Below, piece after piece: positions 1-8,339 of a DNA stretch of 64,000 nucleotides. The stretch comes from a virus: positions 12,547 through 76,546 of IMG/VR virus record IMGVR_UViG_3300025112_006940. One strand, 5' to 3'. Each line of letters starts with the position of its first letter. Within the stretch, counting starts at the first letter, position 1. The notes under the pieces are model-generated. The model was not told the origin of the DNA. It did no database searches and worked only from the letters and a program-made list of their open reading frames with translations. The position numbers and the translations under genes were made by a program.

Positions 1-385
1 AAATGCATTTGTTGTAATGGGGATAGTTGGCAAAATATTAAGGCAAATTGATTCAAAGATGGATGCAAAATATAAGGCTGACGCTATGTCTGGAGATTAT
101 GAAAATCTTTTAAAAGTAACAAATGAATATGTTGATCTAATTGATACATCAAATTCTTATCCAGAAATTCTTGGAAATGTAAAAGTTGAAACAACAATTA
201 TTCGTGACTAAAAATAATAAGAAGCTTGTGAAGCTTTAAAGAAGGCCATGGAAATTTTTTTAAAGCGAAAAACAACATCAGACAGCTGGCGACCGGATCG
301 TTAAGGCTAATGATGAAAAAATTTAATCAACAGATTAGCACATTCCGGTGGAAATGTTAATTGAGATTAATGCTTCTTAAAAAAT

Positions 386-462
386 ACGGGTGTAGCCCAA
401 AGGCAGGAGGCATCAGGTTTAAGCCCTGAGTAGTGTGGGTTCGAATCCCACCACCCGTACCA
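386..462 (+). tRNA. tRNA-Leu(TAA), short variable loop
   Basis: Acceptor ACGGGTG/CACCCGT, anticodon stem TCAGG/CCTGA with loop TT-TAA-GC, T-arm GTGGG-TTCGAAT-CCCAC, encoded ACCA. Confidence 0.85.
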
Positions 463-484
463 TATTTTTTTAAGTGAGGTTATA

Positions 485-751
485 ATGCCACTGATTGTAA
501 AAGTACATTGGGCAGAACATGAGAGAGGTTGGGGTTCCAGACCTGATGGTTGTACATTACACCTTAGTAAAATTGATGCAGATGAATTTATAAAAGAATA
601 TTGGGATAGGCAGCCAGATGAAACTCCATATGAATATTCAGCGCCTGGTTCATAAGAAATTTTTAATGTTTCAAATAAGCTATACAAAAAAATCAAAGAA
701 TCCAAAAACGGAATAAGGTTTTGGCGTCATCAAGAGGATCAAATAAAATGA
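485..751 (+). pseudogene. Small phage protein gene (WAEHERGWGSRPDG motif) with in-frame TAA
   Basis: Frame continues after TAA at 653-655 to a TGA overlapping the next ATG (ATGA at 748-751). Confidence 0.6.
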
Positions 752-1005
752 CAACAAAAATTCTGAATATAGTTTTAGGTATAACATTAATCCTGTTTTT
801 CAGTTTTATGTCTTATAGAAGTGGTTATTATTCTGGTTACGATAAAGGTAAATTGGTTGGATTTAATGAAGCTGTAGATGCGGAAATTGCTGAAAAAGTT
901 AATCAACGTTATGAATATATAAAGGCTAAGGCCGACAGTTTAGTTCAAGCTAAATTGAGTGAAAAAGCTTTGGAAATGCTAACAGATTTTAAGTGGAGTA
1001 AATAA
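748..1005 (+). CDS. Hypothetical protein with N-terminal TM helix
   Basis: ATG at 748; hydrophobic ILNIVLGITLILFFSF segment. Confidence 0.65.
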   Translation: MTTKILNIVLGITLILFFSFMSYRSGYYSGYDKGKLVGFNEAVDAEIAEKVNQRYEYIKAKADSLVQAKLSEKALEMLTDFKWSK

Positions 1006-1313
1006 TGTTCAAATTCGTTTGTAAGTGGTTTGGTCATAAAAAAATAGGTATAGATGAATATAACATCGTCATTAAAAACCTTAGAGAAAATGTTAAGCAA
1101 ATTCAAAAACTTGAAGATAATCAAAATTTGATTCTTAAACATTTGGACAAATGGTATGATTACAAATACAGCCCAACTTCATCTTATTCTATTCCAAAAT
1201 GTAAACGATGCGGTAAAGAGGATGTTGATAATACAAAGATGGATGTAGATTTTAAAGTTAGAATAGAAACACAGAGAACAACACCATGGCAACCAAAGTT
1301 TGGAATAAATTAA
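1005..1313 (+). CDS. Hypothetical protein (CKWFGHK...CKRCG zinc-binding-like)
   Basis: Translationally coupled ORF with paired Cys/His motifs. Confidence 0.6.
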   Translation: MFKFVCKWFGHKKIGIDEYNIVIKNLRENVKQIQKLEDNQNLILKHLDKWYDYKYSPTSSYSIPKCKRCGKEDVDNTKMDVDFKVRIETQRTTPWQPKFGIN

Positions 1314-1364
1314 CGGATGAAGAGAAAAAAGAAATAATAGACTCTAAACGATAATGAAATTATA

Positions 1365-1619
1365 ATGGATTATGAATATGCTGTTTGTTTCGGATCAGGT
1401 TCTAGTGTTGCATGGAGTGGTGAATCTAAACAACGTATTTTAGATGTTCGTTTTAATCATAAAAGTAAATGGCGATTAAGAGAAGAATTTGAAGAGTTTG
1501 ATAAGCATGCTAATTATGGTGACTTTTAAACAATTGGTGATTATCTATTTATTTGTCAAAGACCATTAAAAGAACAAAGCCCAATGTCAAAGGGTGGTTT
1601 ATATCATTTTGGTCCATAA
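1365..1619 (+). pseudogene. Decayed small ORF
   Basis: In-frame TAA at 1527-1529 with coding-like continuation; apparent upstream frameshift. Confidence 0.45.
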
Positions 1620-1629
1620 ATAAAAATTT

Positions 1630-1705
1630 GCCCCGTTAGCTCAACTGGAAGGGCATGTGGCTTCTAACCACAAGATTACAGGTTCGAACCCTGTACGGGG
1701 TACCA
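1630..1705 (+). tRNA. tRNA-Arg(TCT)
   Basis: Cloverleaf; TGTGG-CT-TCT-AA-CCACA; ACCA end. Confidence 0.92.
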
Positions 1706-1712
1706 AATATGA

Positions 1713-1798
1713 GCTGAAGTCCCATAGAGGTTGATTGGACTGGTTTTGTAATCCAGTGACTTTTGTCCACGTCGGTTCGAATCCGACCTTCAGCTCCA
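1713..1798 (+). tRNA. tRNA-Thr(TGT) with long variable arm
   Basis: GCTGAAG/CTTCAGC acceptor, loop TT-TGT-AA, variable hairpin GAC-TTTT-GTC, TTCGAAT T-loop, CCA. Confidence 0.75.
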
Positions 1799-2012
1799 CA
1801 AAAAATTATGCAAAAAAAGAAAAATACATAAGATTGCATTGATGCATAGAATGATGTTTTACAATGGATTTTCATTACAGCCTGATGGTACAAGACATCC
1901 ATTCAGATGTTATCAATGCAGAAGAGAGTTCAATTATTATATTAGGCCTAAAAGAAAAATGCAGCACCCATTAGATATAATATTTGGATATATCGATTTA
2001 AAAAATAAATAT

Positions 2013-2106
2013 GGAGGGAATCCGGCTGGATGAGGAGACAGTCTTGAAAACTGTTAGGTCATTCGAATAGAGTGGCTTTAGGGTTCGAGTCCCTATCCCT
2101 CTCCCA
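2013..2106 (+). tRNA. tRNA-Ser(TGA)
   Basis: ACAGT-CT-TGA-AA-ACTGT, long variable arm, TAGGG-TTCGAGT-CCCTA, CCA. Confidence 0.85.
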
Positions 2107-2298
2107 TTTTTTTGAATTGATGAAGCTTATGAGGTTGAAAAAGGAAAACGTGAAATGCTAGAAGAAGAAGCAAAGAAACGTAAAGAAGAAGAAGAAAGAT
2201 TACAGAGAATAGAAGATAAAAAACAAATAAAAAAAGCTGAATTTGAAACATATAAAAAATTGCGTGCTAAATATGATAAATTTTAATAAGGCGGTAAA

Positions 2299-2742
2299 AT
2301 GAAAATTGATATAGTCAATAAGTCGCCACATGAATTACCAAAATATGAAACAACTGGATCAGCTGGAATGGATATTAGGGCATGGATAGATACATTTAAT
2401 GCATCTGTAACAATACAAAAACATTGTACTGAAGTTATATCAACAGGCTTATATTTAAACATTCCAGAAGGTTATGAAATTCAAATTAGGTCAAGAAGTG
2501 GTTTAGCTGCTAAAAATCATATTATTGTTGCTAATTCTCCAGGAACTATTGATAGTGATTATCATGGTGAAATAAAGGTAATTTTACATAATCTTTCGGC
2601 ACCAGCATTTTACTTATACGATGGTGATAGAATTGCGCAAATGGTTTTAAAAAAAGTTAATACAATTAAGTGGCATGAAATTGATACTATTTCACAATCA
2701 GACAGAGGTGAAGGTGGTTTTGGTTCTACAGGAATAAAGTAA
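2299..2742 (+). CDS. dut: Trimeric dUTPase
   Basis: SAGMD, RSRSGLA, GTIDSDYHGEI, RIAQ, RGEGGFGSTG motifs. Confidence 0.97.
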   Translation: MKIDIVNKSPHELPKYETTGSAGMDIRAWIDTFNASVTIQKHCTEVISTGLYLNIPEGYEIQIRSRSGLAAKNHIIVANSPGTIDSDYHGEIKVILHNLSAPAFYLYDGDRIAQMVLKKVNTIKWHEIDTISQSDRGEGGFGSTGIK

Positions 2743-2863
2743 AGGATACTTTATGATTGAATATATAAAATGTGATATATTTAATAGTAAATGCAAAGTG
2801 ATTTAGTTGAGAAGAAATTAAAAGTTGAAAAAGCTTTGAAAGGTTGGTAACATTAAATAAAAT

Positions 2864-2938
2864 GCGGCATTAGTTCAATTGGCAGAATATTAGGCTTCCA
2901 CCCTGAAGATACCGGATCGTAGCCGGTATGCCGCTCCA
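2864..2938 (+). tRNA. tRNA-Gly(TCC)
   Basis: GCGGCAT/ATGCCGC, U73, CT-TCC-AC loop; atypical T-loop ATCGTAG. Confidence 0.88.
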
Positions 2939-3455
2939 AAAAAACATAAGCAATTTTAGATTTGTGGGGTAGTTTAATGAGTTATCAATAATATACTTAG
3001 TCATGAATGATATATTATACAACGTGCAAATGCATATGTTGTGCACAAATATATGCAAATGTTAAAATATTACTGTTCGGCAGTAAAGATTCTAATTGGA
3101 ACGTAGACCCCTATTATATTTTGAATGTAGTAAATTATAGGTATTGAATTCTTTTGTATAAGGAGTATTTATTATGTATGATAGGTATAAAATGCGATTA
3201 AGTGATGTTAGGCACATAAAAAAAATGAAACCTAAAAAACAAAGCATTTTTAAAAGAATTAAGGCAAAAATTGAAAAATTATTATATTGAGTTTTACGAT
3301 GATACTCATGGAAAGCATTCACATAAGATGCTCTTAAGGCAATTGAAGAAATAAAAGAATGGTGTGCATTATTTCTATAACAATAGAAGATGATGAAAGA
3401 AACAAAAAAGTGGTAGAAGAAATTGATAAAATAAATAATAAATCAGAGAATTCAA

Positions 3456-3749
3456 ATGAAACTAAGTAAAGTATTGTTAGAAACAAATTATCAATTATAT
3501 CATCCTACATTTATTTCTGCTTCTCAGGCAGCACATGATTATGCTGAAAAAAAAGGATATGAAATTAATGATAATGAATGGTTTAGTTCTGTTTCAACAG
3601 GCAAAAAAAGAGGAAGACCTGCTGTTGGCAAATCAAATTCATTTCATGTCAAATTAAATAAAAATGGTAAAGAGCAAAGAAAACAATTGCACTTTCAAGT
3701 TTATGGAATGGAATCTGGTAAATATGAATTAAATATGTATATTCAATAA
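3456..3749 (+). CDS. Small protein with MKLSKVLLE leader (putative capsid-internal protein)
   Basis: Leader and upstream AGAGAA shared with late-region genes. Confidence 0.6.
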   Translation: MKLSKVLLETNYQLYHPTFISASQAAHDYAEKKGYEINDNEWFSSVSTGKKRGRPAVGKSNSFHVKLNKNGKEQRKQLHFQVYGMESGKYELNMYIQ

Positions 3750-3875
3750 TTTAGCATAGAGAAAATCAATGAAAATAAAAAAATCAGTATTACAACAAAT
3801 AATAAAAATAAGAAGTAAAATCTTTTTTTTTGTAAAAGAACTAAAGAGAATTTTACTAAATTAGAGACCTTAAGA

Positions 3876-3910
3876 TTGACTTTTCGTGGAAAATACTTCT
3901 GGATCTAAAT
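3876..3910 (+). repeat. 35-bp dispersed repeat, copy 1 (copy 2 at 39421-39455)
   Basis: TTGACTTTTCGTGGAAAATACTTC(T/C)GGATCTAAAT, one mismatch. Confidence 0.9.
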
Positions 3911-3923
3911 ATCAAAATAAATT

Positions 3924-4009
3924 GCCTGAGTGGTGAAATGGTAAACACGCATGGCTAAGAACCATGTGGCTGCAAGGCCTTGAGGGTTCGACTCCCTCCT
4001 TAGGCACCA
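3924..4009 (+). tRNA. tRNA-Leu(AAG)
   Basis: CATGG-CT-AAG-AA-CCATG, long variable arm, A73, CCA. Confidence 0.88.
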
Positions 4010-4144
4010 AAAAATAGGAAATGAAAATTGTTAGATAGAAAGCTAAAATGGTTTTTCTATACTTTAGCCGTAAGTATATTATTTTTGTTTTATTGTTTAT
4101 AAATGAATGCAATTTTAATATAAAAATTTGTAAGTTAATTAATT

Positions 4145-4221
4145 CGGTGTATGGCTCAGTCCGGTAGAGCACTTGCTTTGGGAGCAAGGGGCCGCAGGTT
4201 CGATTCCTGCTACACCGACCA
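4145..4221 (+). tRNA. tRNA-Pro(TGG)
   Basis: CGGTGTA/TACACCG, TT-TGG-GA loop, ACCA. Confidence 0.95.
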
Positions 4222-4228
4222 AATATTT

Positions 4229-4304
4229 ACTCCCGTCGTCTACTGGTTTAAGGCCTCAGTCTTATATGCTGATGAAGAGGGTTCAATTCCCTCCGGGAGC
4301 ACCA
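4229..4304 (+). tRNA. tRNA with TAT anticodon (Ile by anticodon)
   Basis: TCAGT-CT-TAT-AT-GCTGA; GAGGG-TTCAATT-CCCTC; A1-C72 mismatch; ACCA. Confidence 0.75.
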
Positions 4305-4398
4305 TATAGCCTAAGTGTGGATCAGGGTAAGAGGGGCATTTTTCAAACATGAGGAAGTTATATAAAGATTGGCCCCTCTAAAAAAATGAGGTTTTAAA

Positions 4399-4614
4399 AT
4401 GGCAGATCTTAAGATTAGTAGTTTATGTTTAGTGAATGGTAGTGGTGATTTACGTATGACTTCATAAGGAAAACGATACGCTGGTACAGTAGTTACAATT
4501 CTTAAGAAATGCAAAAGTGGTTTATATCTTGTTGAAGGAAAAGATGGAAAAACAGCAACATTTGCAAAAAGAAATTTAGATGAAATTATATCTTTAGGAA
4601 TTAATTCGGTATGA
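4399..4614 (+). pseudogene. Small ORF with in-frame TAA
   Basis: GAGG SD; TAA at 4465-4467, frame open to 4614. Confidence 0.5.
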
Positions 4615-4754
4615 CTAAATGACATTTATAATAATTGTTATAATATACAGTGCTATTATGATTGAATATGCAGATTGGCTAGAACATGTAAATTATTGGA
4701 AACGTTGGAATCGTGAAAAAGGTTTTATTCAATTTATCTTAGAAGGGAATAATA

Positions 4755-4946
4755 ATGGCTGATTCAAGTAGTTCTTTTAGTGGCATTGATTTTTTTGGAT
4801 TGTTAACAATTATATTTATAGTTCTTAAGTTGACAAATTATATTGCTTGGTCTTGGTTATGGATATTAGCACCGCTTTGGATTCCTGTTACGCTTTTGTT
4901 ATTATTTGTTATATTCGCAGCAATTATAGCGGCAGCATTAAAATGA
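4755..4946 (+). CDS. Small two-TM membrane protein
   Basis: LKLTNYIAWSWLWILAPLW motif common in phage membrane proteins. Confidence 0.75.
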   Translation: MADSSSSFSGIDFFGLLTIIFIVLKLTNYIAWSWLWILAPLWIPVTLLLLFVIFAAIIAAALK

Positions 4947-5081
4947 AAAACATGACAACAGATGAAAAATTCAAAGCTATTGGTAAAAAAAATAGCTGAG
5001 ATACAAAACACAAAATATGAAACTGATTTAGTTAAAATGGGACCAAGTCACTATAGATTAATTCAAAAAAAATGGAAAATT

Positions 5082-5157
5082 ACTCGGGTTGATTAGCGGC
5101 CAAATCGTCTGGCTTACATCCAGTTCATCGTGGGTTCGAGTCCCACCCCGAGTACCA
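5082..5157 (+). tRNA. tRNA-Val(TAC)
   Basis: ACTCGGG/CCCGAGT, CT-TAC-AT loop, TTCGAGT, ACCA. Confidence 0.85.
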
Positions 5158-5165
5158 AAAATTAA

Positions 5166-5242
5166 GGGCTGGTGGTGTCAATTGGCAAACATAGGAGATT
5201 CCAAACCTCTTGCTCCGGGTTCAAATCCTGGCCAGCCTGCCA
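5166..5242 (+). tRNA. tRNA-Trp(CCA)
   Basis: TT-CCA-AA loop, G73, CCGGG-TTCAAAT-CCTGG, CCA. Confidence 0.85.
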
Positions 5243-5290
5243 TAAAAAAATGAGAGTAACATAAATAGGTAAATGCATTCGTCTATACGT

Positions 5291-5367
5291 TGTCCGGATG
5301 TCAATTTGGTATCGGCGCCATCCTGATAAGGTGGAAATAGTGAGTTCAAATCTCACCCGGGCTACCA
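5291..5367 (+). tRNA. tRNA-Ile(GAT)
   Basis: CCATC-CT-GAT-AA-GGTGG, GTGAG-TTCAAAT-CTCAC, ACCA. Confidence 0.85.
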
Positions 5368-5373
5368 TATTAT

Positions 5374-5404
5374 ATAGTGAGTTCAATCCTCACCTGTCCT
5401 ACCA
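5374..5404 (+). pseudogene. tRNA 3' fragment (T-arm, acceptor strand, CCA)
   Basis: ATAGTGAGTTCAATCCTCACCTGTCCTACCA with no 5' half. Confidence 0.6.
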
Positions 5405-5410
5405 AAATAT

Positions 5411-5490
5411 ATGAACATACGCAATAATGGAAGCGCGGCCAATCTAAACATATTGGTGAAGTGTGGGTTCGAACCCCATTGTTCATACCA
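5411..5490 (+). tRNA. Atypical tRNA with 8-nt anticodon loop (CT-AAAC-AT)
   Basis: ATGAACA/TGTTCAT acceptor, CCAAT/ATTGG stem, GTGGG-TTCGAAC-CCCAT, ACCA. Confidence 0.7.
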
Positions 5491-5548
5491 ATTTTTTCAA
5501 AGGCTAATAATGACATAATTACTTAAATATTAAACAGGAGAAATAATT

Positions 5549-6094
5549 ATGTCAAAATGTATACTTTTCGGCCCAGAAGAAAAAACTCCATGGTATGAAA
5601 GAGCTTATTATTGGTTCTTAAGAACTGTATGGGATAACATCAAAATAACAGATCGACATATCAAATGGTTTTATCAAAGAAGAACAAGGGGATTTGATGA
5701 TACAGAATTATGGTCATTAGATCAACCATTAGCAAAGTACATACTTCCAAGATTAAAAGCTTTTAGAAATTATCCACTTCATGGATATCCAGGTCAATTA
5801 GATGAACCTGGATTGATTGAAGATAATCAAGATGGTGATCATCATGATCATAATTTCCAGATCTGGTTGGCAGTAATTGATAAGATGATTATTGCTTTTG
5901 AATACATTTTAAAAGGTGATGATGATGTTGAAACCGGATTTATTAGGGGTTGGGTTGATGATGATGGAAGATTTCATTCAGAAAAAGATGAAGAAAAGTG
6001 GCAAGCATATTTAAAAGAAGGCGAAAGACGCCAAAAAATAATAACTGAAGGCTTACAGTTATTTGCTAAGTATTTTCAAAATCTTTGGGATTAA
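5549..6094 (+). CDS. Conserved phage hypothetical protein
   Basis: AGGAG SD; RGFDDTELWSLD...GLQLFAKYFQNLWD pattern. Confidence 0.8.
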   Translation: MSKCILFGPEEKTPWYERAYYWFLRTVWDNIKITDRHIKWFYQRRTRGFDDTELWSLDQPLAKYILPRLKAFRNYPLHGYPGQLDEPGLIEDNQDGDHHDHNFQIWLAVIDKMIIAFEYILKGDDDVETGFIRGWVDDDGRFHSEKDEEKWQAYLKEGERRQKIITEGLQLFAKYFQNLWD

Positions 6095-6244
6095 GAGGTT
6101 TTTATGTCTAATTGGGCATTTACTAATGAGGATTTTCAGGGGCAGGCAAATATATTAAAAGATAGTATTTTAAATTGCTTATTTAATGAATGATCACTTA
6201 ACAATAAGTGCTGTTAAATTAGTAGAAGATAAAGAAGAAAATAA

Positions 6245-6320
6245 TGCGGAGTAGAGAAACGGCCATCTCACGATCCTCATAAGGTCGGGATAGCAGGTTC
6301 AACTCCTGCCTCCGCTTCCA
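6245..6320 (+). tRNA. tRNA-Met(CAT), initiator-like
   Basis: 1-72 mismatch, A11-U24 D stem, CT-CAT-AA loop; lacks the three G-C anticodon-stem pairs. Confidence 0.8.
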
Positions 6321-6423
6321 AATTGTAAAATAAAGCCGATTAAAGCGCAAAAATCTGGCGAGACCACATGGCAGTGGAGGCCAACTCGAAAGGTTCGAAT
6401 CCTTCTTATTTTACATTAATTAA

Positions 6424-6492
6424 TGCGGTGCACGGCTGGCTAGTTCCCTCATATGGAACAAAGCGAGAGTTCAATTCTCTCCACCGCAACCA
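6424..6492 (+). tRNA. D-arm-less tRNA with CAT anticodon
   Basis: TGCGGTG/CACCGCA, GTTCC-CT-CAT-AT-GGAAC, GAGAG-TTCAATT-CTCTC, ACCA; only 12 nt between acceptor and anticodon stems. Confidence 0.7.
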
Positions 6493-6618
6493 AATATTCT
6501 TAGGTGTAGGCCTAAACCTGCTTTAAGGCTGAGGGGAGTGTATCGGTTACAGCAATGACTGGCAGGAACCGATTGTGGCGCACTCGAAGGGAATATTTTA
6601 TAATACACAGAGGTTAAA

Positions 6619-7590
6619 ATGAAATCACATATTGATAATTTTTGTGGTGGTAATTTCAGCAACTGGTTAGAAGTTAATCTTATTGAGCATTGTAATGGCT
6701 CTTGTTCATGGTGTATAGAAAAAAATGGTTTTCACCCAAAGCAAAAAGTTGAGTGGCATATTTTAGTTGACAAAATATTAGAAACAAATGCAACTAATAT
6801 AATCCTTCTCGGCGGCGAACCAACCCTCCATCCACGACTACAAGAAATTATAGAACGTCTATCAAATGCAGGAAGAAAAGTTTATGTTACCACGAATGGT
6901 GTAATGTTAACATCAAAATGGGTAAGAAAAAATCTTGTAGGGTTAGCCGGTATTAATATTTCAATTCATCATTATGACCTTCCAAATAATAAGATAATTA
7001 CAGGTGTCCATTTAGGCTATATAGATTTATATGATTCCATAAAGCAATTGCAAATAATGGGTAGTTCTATTAGATTAAATTGTAATTGTATTGTGGGGTA
7101 TATTGATAGTAAAGCTCAGTGCATGAAATATATTCAATTTGCAAAAGCTCTCGGAATAAACTCTGTAAGATTTGCAGAACTTAAATTAGATAACGAAAAT
7201 TTTGTTGATTTAGCTATTGAGTTTAATTATGAATATGGTTTAAATGATGATCCTTTTTTATTAGGATGTAATAAGAATTGTAGAATAGATGATGTTGATA
7301 TAAACTTTAGACAAATGTGTGGTTTACAAACAAGTAAAAGAGTTTTGCCAATCAATCCAGAACAAAGTCAAGAAAAATCAGTTTTATATTATGATGGTAA
7401 AATCTATGATGGATGGCAAACAGTAAAAAAGGAGGAGATTGTGGATGATAAAGAATTGTTACAGCTTATGGAAGATGTTAAAAGTGGTAGAGTTTCAGCT
7501 AAAATTGCTGCAATGAAAATAGCTAGAACAATGGGCAATACAAAAATTGTTGAAGTATCCAATAATGATAGTATGGGCTGTCGATATTAA
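6619..7590 (+). CDS. Radical SAM protein
   Basis: CNGSCSWC (CxxxCxxC), LGGEPTL, TTNG motifs. Confidence 0.92.
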   Translation: MKSHIDNFCGGNFSNWLEVNLIEHCNGSCSWCIEKNGFHPKQKVEWHILVDKILETNATNIILLGGEPTLHPRLQEIIERLSNAGRKVYVTTNGVMLTSKWVRKNLVGLAGINISIHHYDLPNNKIITGVHLGYIDLYDSIKQLQIMGSSIRLNCNCIVGYIDSKAQCMKYIQFAKALGINSVRFAELKLDNENFVDLAIEFNYEYGLNDDPFLLGCNKNCRIDDVDINFRQMCGLQTSKRVLPINPEQSQEKSVLYYDGKIYDGWQTVKKEEIVDDKELLQLMEDVKSGRVSAKIAAMKIARTMGNTKIVEVSNNDSMGCRY

Positions 7591-7869
7591 TTTATTGAAA
7601 AGCTGCAAAGGACAAAAAAATAAAATTATATTCAGGTGAAAAAATTGAAGAACTTTTAATTCGTTAGTAGAATAATTCAAATCTTGTAACAGGAGAAAAA
7701 ACATGCCTAAATTCGAAATTCACTCTCAAGTAAACAGGCATACGAAACAAATGGAACATTCTGCAACTGTTTCATCATTCGATTTGGTTAAAGTATTAGA
7801 AGGATATTTTAGGGAAACGCTTGGCTTAAAATTTAAATACGAAGAATTAAAAGAAGTGACGGAGTAAAT

Positions 7870-8100
7870 ATGATCTTAAGCGAGATTCAAAAAAGACAAA
7901 AAGAAACAAATTTTAGATGCCAAGAAAAAGCTTGTTCAAATTGTGAAAATATGAAAGTTGAAAAAAATACTACTTTTTATGAATCTCGCTGTATATCTTT
8001 AGGCAGCATATTAAATTTGTCTATAGATATTCATAGATGTTATGAATTTTCTTGGAAAACAAAATGTGATGATTGGATAGAAAGGAAAAATGAAGAATGA
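7870..8100 (+). CDS. Small Cys-rich hypothetical protein
   Basis: GGAG SD; CSNC..C..CDDW. Confidence 0.55.
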   Translation: MILSEIQKRQKETNFRCQEKACSNCENMKVEKNTTFYESRCISLGSILNLSIDIHRCYEFSWKTKCDDWIERKNEE

Positions 8101-8193
8101 TAGCCCAGTTAGTTTTTTACATTTTAGTCATAGGGATTTTCGGGTAAAGTACACAAGTTAAAAAGTAAATCAATCAAATCCACAGCTAAAATT

Positions 8194-8232
8194 TATAGCT
8201 CCTATAGGAAAATCTATGGGGGCTATATTTTT
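8194..8232 (+). terminator. Rho-independent terminator
   Basis: TATAGCTCCTATAG-GAAAAT-CTATGGGGGCTATA followed by a T run. Confidence 0.7.
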
Positions 8233-8253
8233 GTCAAAAACACCTGATTTTTG

Positions 8254-8282
8254 TTTATTTCTGGTGACCTTTTTGTTATATT
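8254..8282 (+). promoter_or_regulatory. Putative sigma70-like early/middle promoter
   Basis: TTTATT-17 nt-TATATT with TGn extension; same architecture at 62247-62275. Confidence 0.55.
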
Positions 8283-8339
8283 ATTGAAGATAGTTCTTCG
8301 TATAGGATTTTATATACAAATAAAAAAGGTGGCAAAAAA

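Noticed and set aside
6492-6599. TPP riboswitch or SRP RNA call
   Set aside because: Has CTGAG and AGGGAA but lacks the TPP core, and has no SRP domain IV motif
367-6662. Minus-strand ORFs over the tRNA array (e.g. 367-705, 1636-1902, 3912-4187, 5162-5386)
   Set aside because: Antisense shadows of tRNA genes and plus-strand ORFs
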